Under the pieces are notes generated by a model that saw nothing but the letters and a program-made list of their open reading frames with translations, did not search any database and was not told the DNA's origin. A program made the translations under genes and the position numbers. 64,000 bases of DNA from Tubiluchus corallicola (lineage: Eukaryota > Animalia > Priapulida): assembly GCA_030141605.1 (NCBI GenBank), contig JAQGDQ010000649.1, positions 55,463 through 119,462 on the forward strand, in the 5' to 3' direction. Shown here piece by piece: positions 63,628 through 64,000 of the stretch (position 1 is its first letter; every line of letters begins with the position of its first letter).

Positions 63628-64000
63628 GTAAAAGTTGTACCTTTCAATATAATCCGTAACTATCGTTGTTTGATATTGAAGTTTAGGTTGACGTAGCCTT
63701 TGAATGCAGGGATGAGAATGACAAATTGCAAAAAACTCTGAAATAGGCCAGGGGTTTTGGAGCCGCTTAGGCCCCCAATGGGGTTGAGGACAAAGCTCCC
63801 TTGGAGCCAGCGACAAAATGCAATTTTGTGACCACAGAAAGCCTCTAAGTGGATTCAAAATATCAATTACCTTGTTTCGTGCATAATTTAAGGTACCCAC
63901 CTATCAAGGATACATGATACCTAATTGTCTCAAAAACGCCTAAGTACTGGTCACTCCTATGCAAAAGTATATAAAAACTGTCTGCAATTGACTCAAATAG

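Overview
AT-rich, intron-rich eukaryotic (most likely invertebrate animal) genomic DNA; nothing prokaryotic and no CRISPR array. Reading splice sites by hand gives five multi-exon genes: a TspanC8 tetraspanin (TSPAN33-like, - strand, 7 coding exons, 320 aa); an AGPAT3/4-type acyltransferase (+, 9 exons, 378 aa), head-to-head with it; a SASH1-like SH3-SAM-SAM scaffold (+, 11 exons, 761 aa); PCNP (-, 5 exons, 174 aa), convergent with SASH1; and DNAJC8 (+, 7 exons seen, running off the window end), head-to-head with PCNP. Introns and UTRs hold many locally born minisatellites and non-autonomous DNA transposons (Kolobok-, piggyBac-, pogo/Tigger- and hAT-type), an LTR relic and a tRNA-derived SINE. 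Most long ORFs in the ORF track are repeat artefacts. Main oddities: (1) the DNAJC8 HPD exon has its splice donor amplified into a 37-copy 26-bp array and its acceptor duplicated; (2) a hidden in-frame 51-nt candidate alternative exon in the tetraspanin EC2; (3) a 72-bp minisatellite apparently grown out of a dead pogo transposase C-terminus; (4) one Kolobok-type MITE family sitting just after the stop codons of three neighbouring genes in complementary orientations. Family assignments come from motif recognition, not from database searches.
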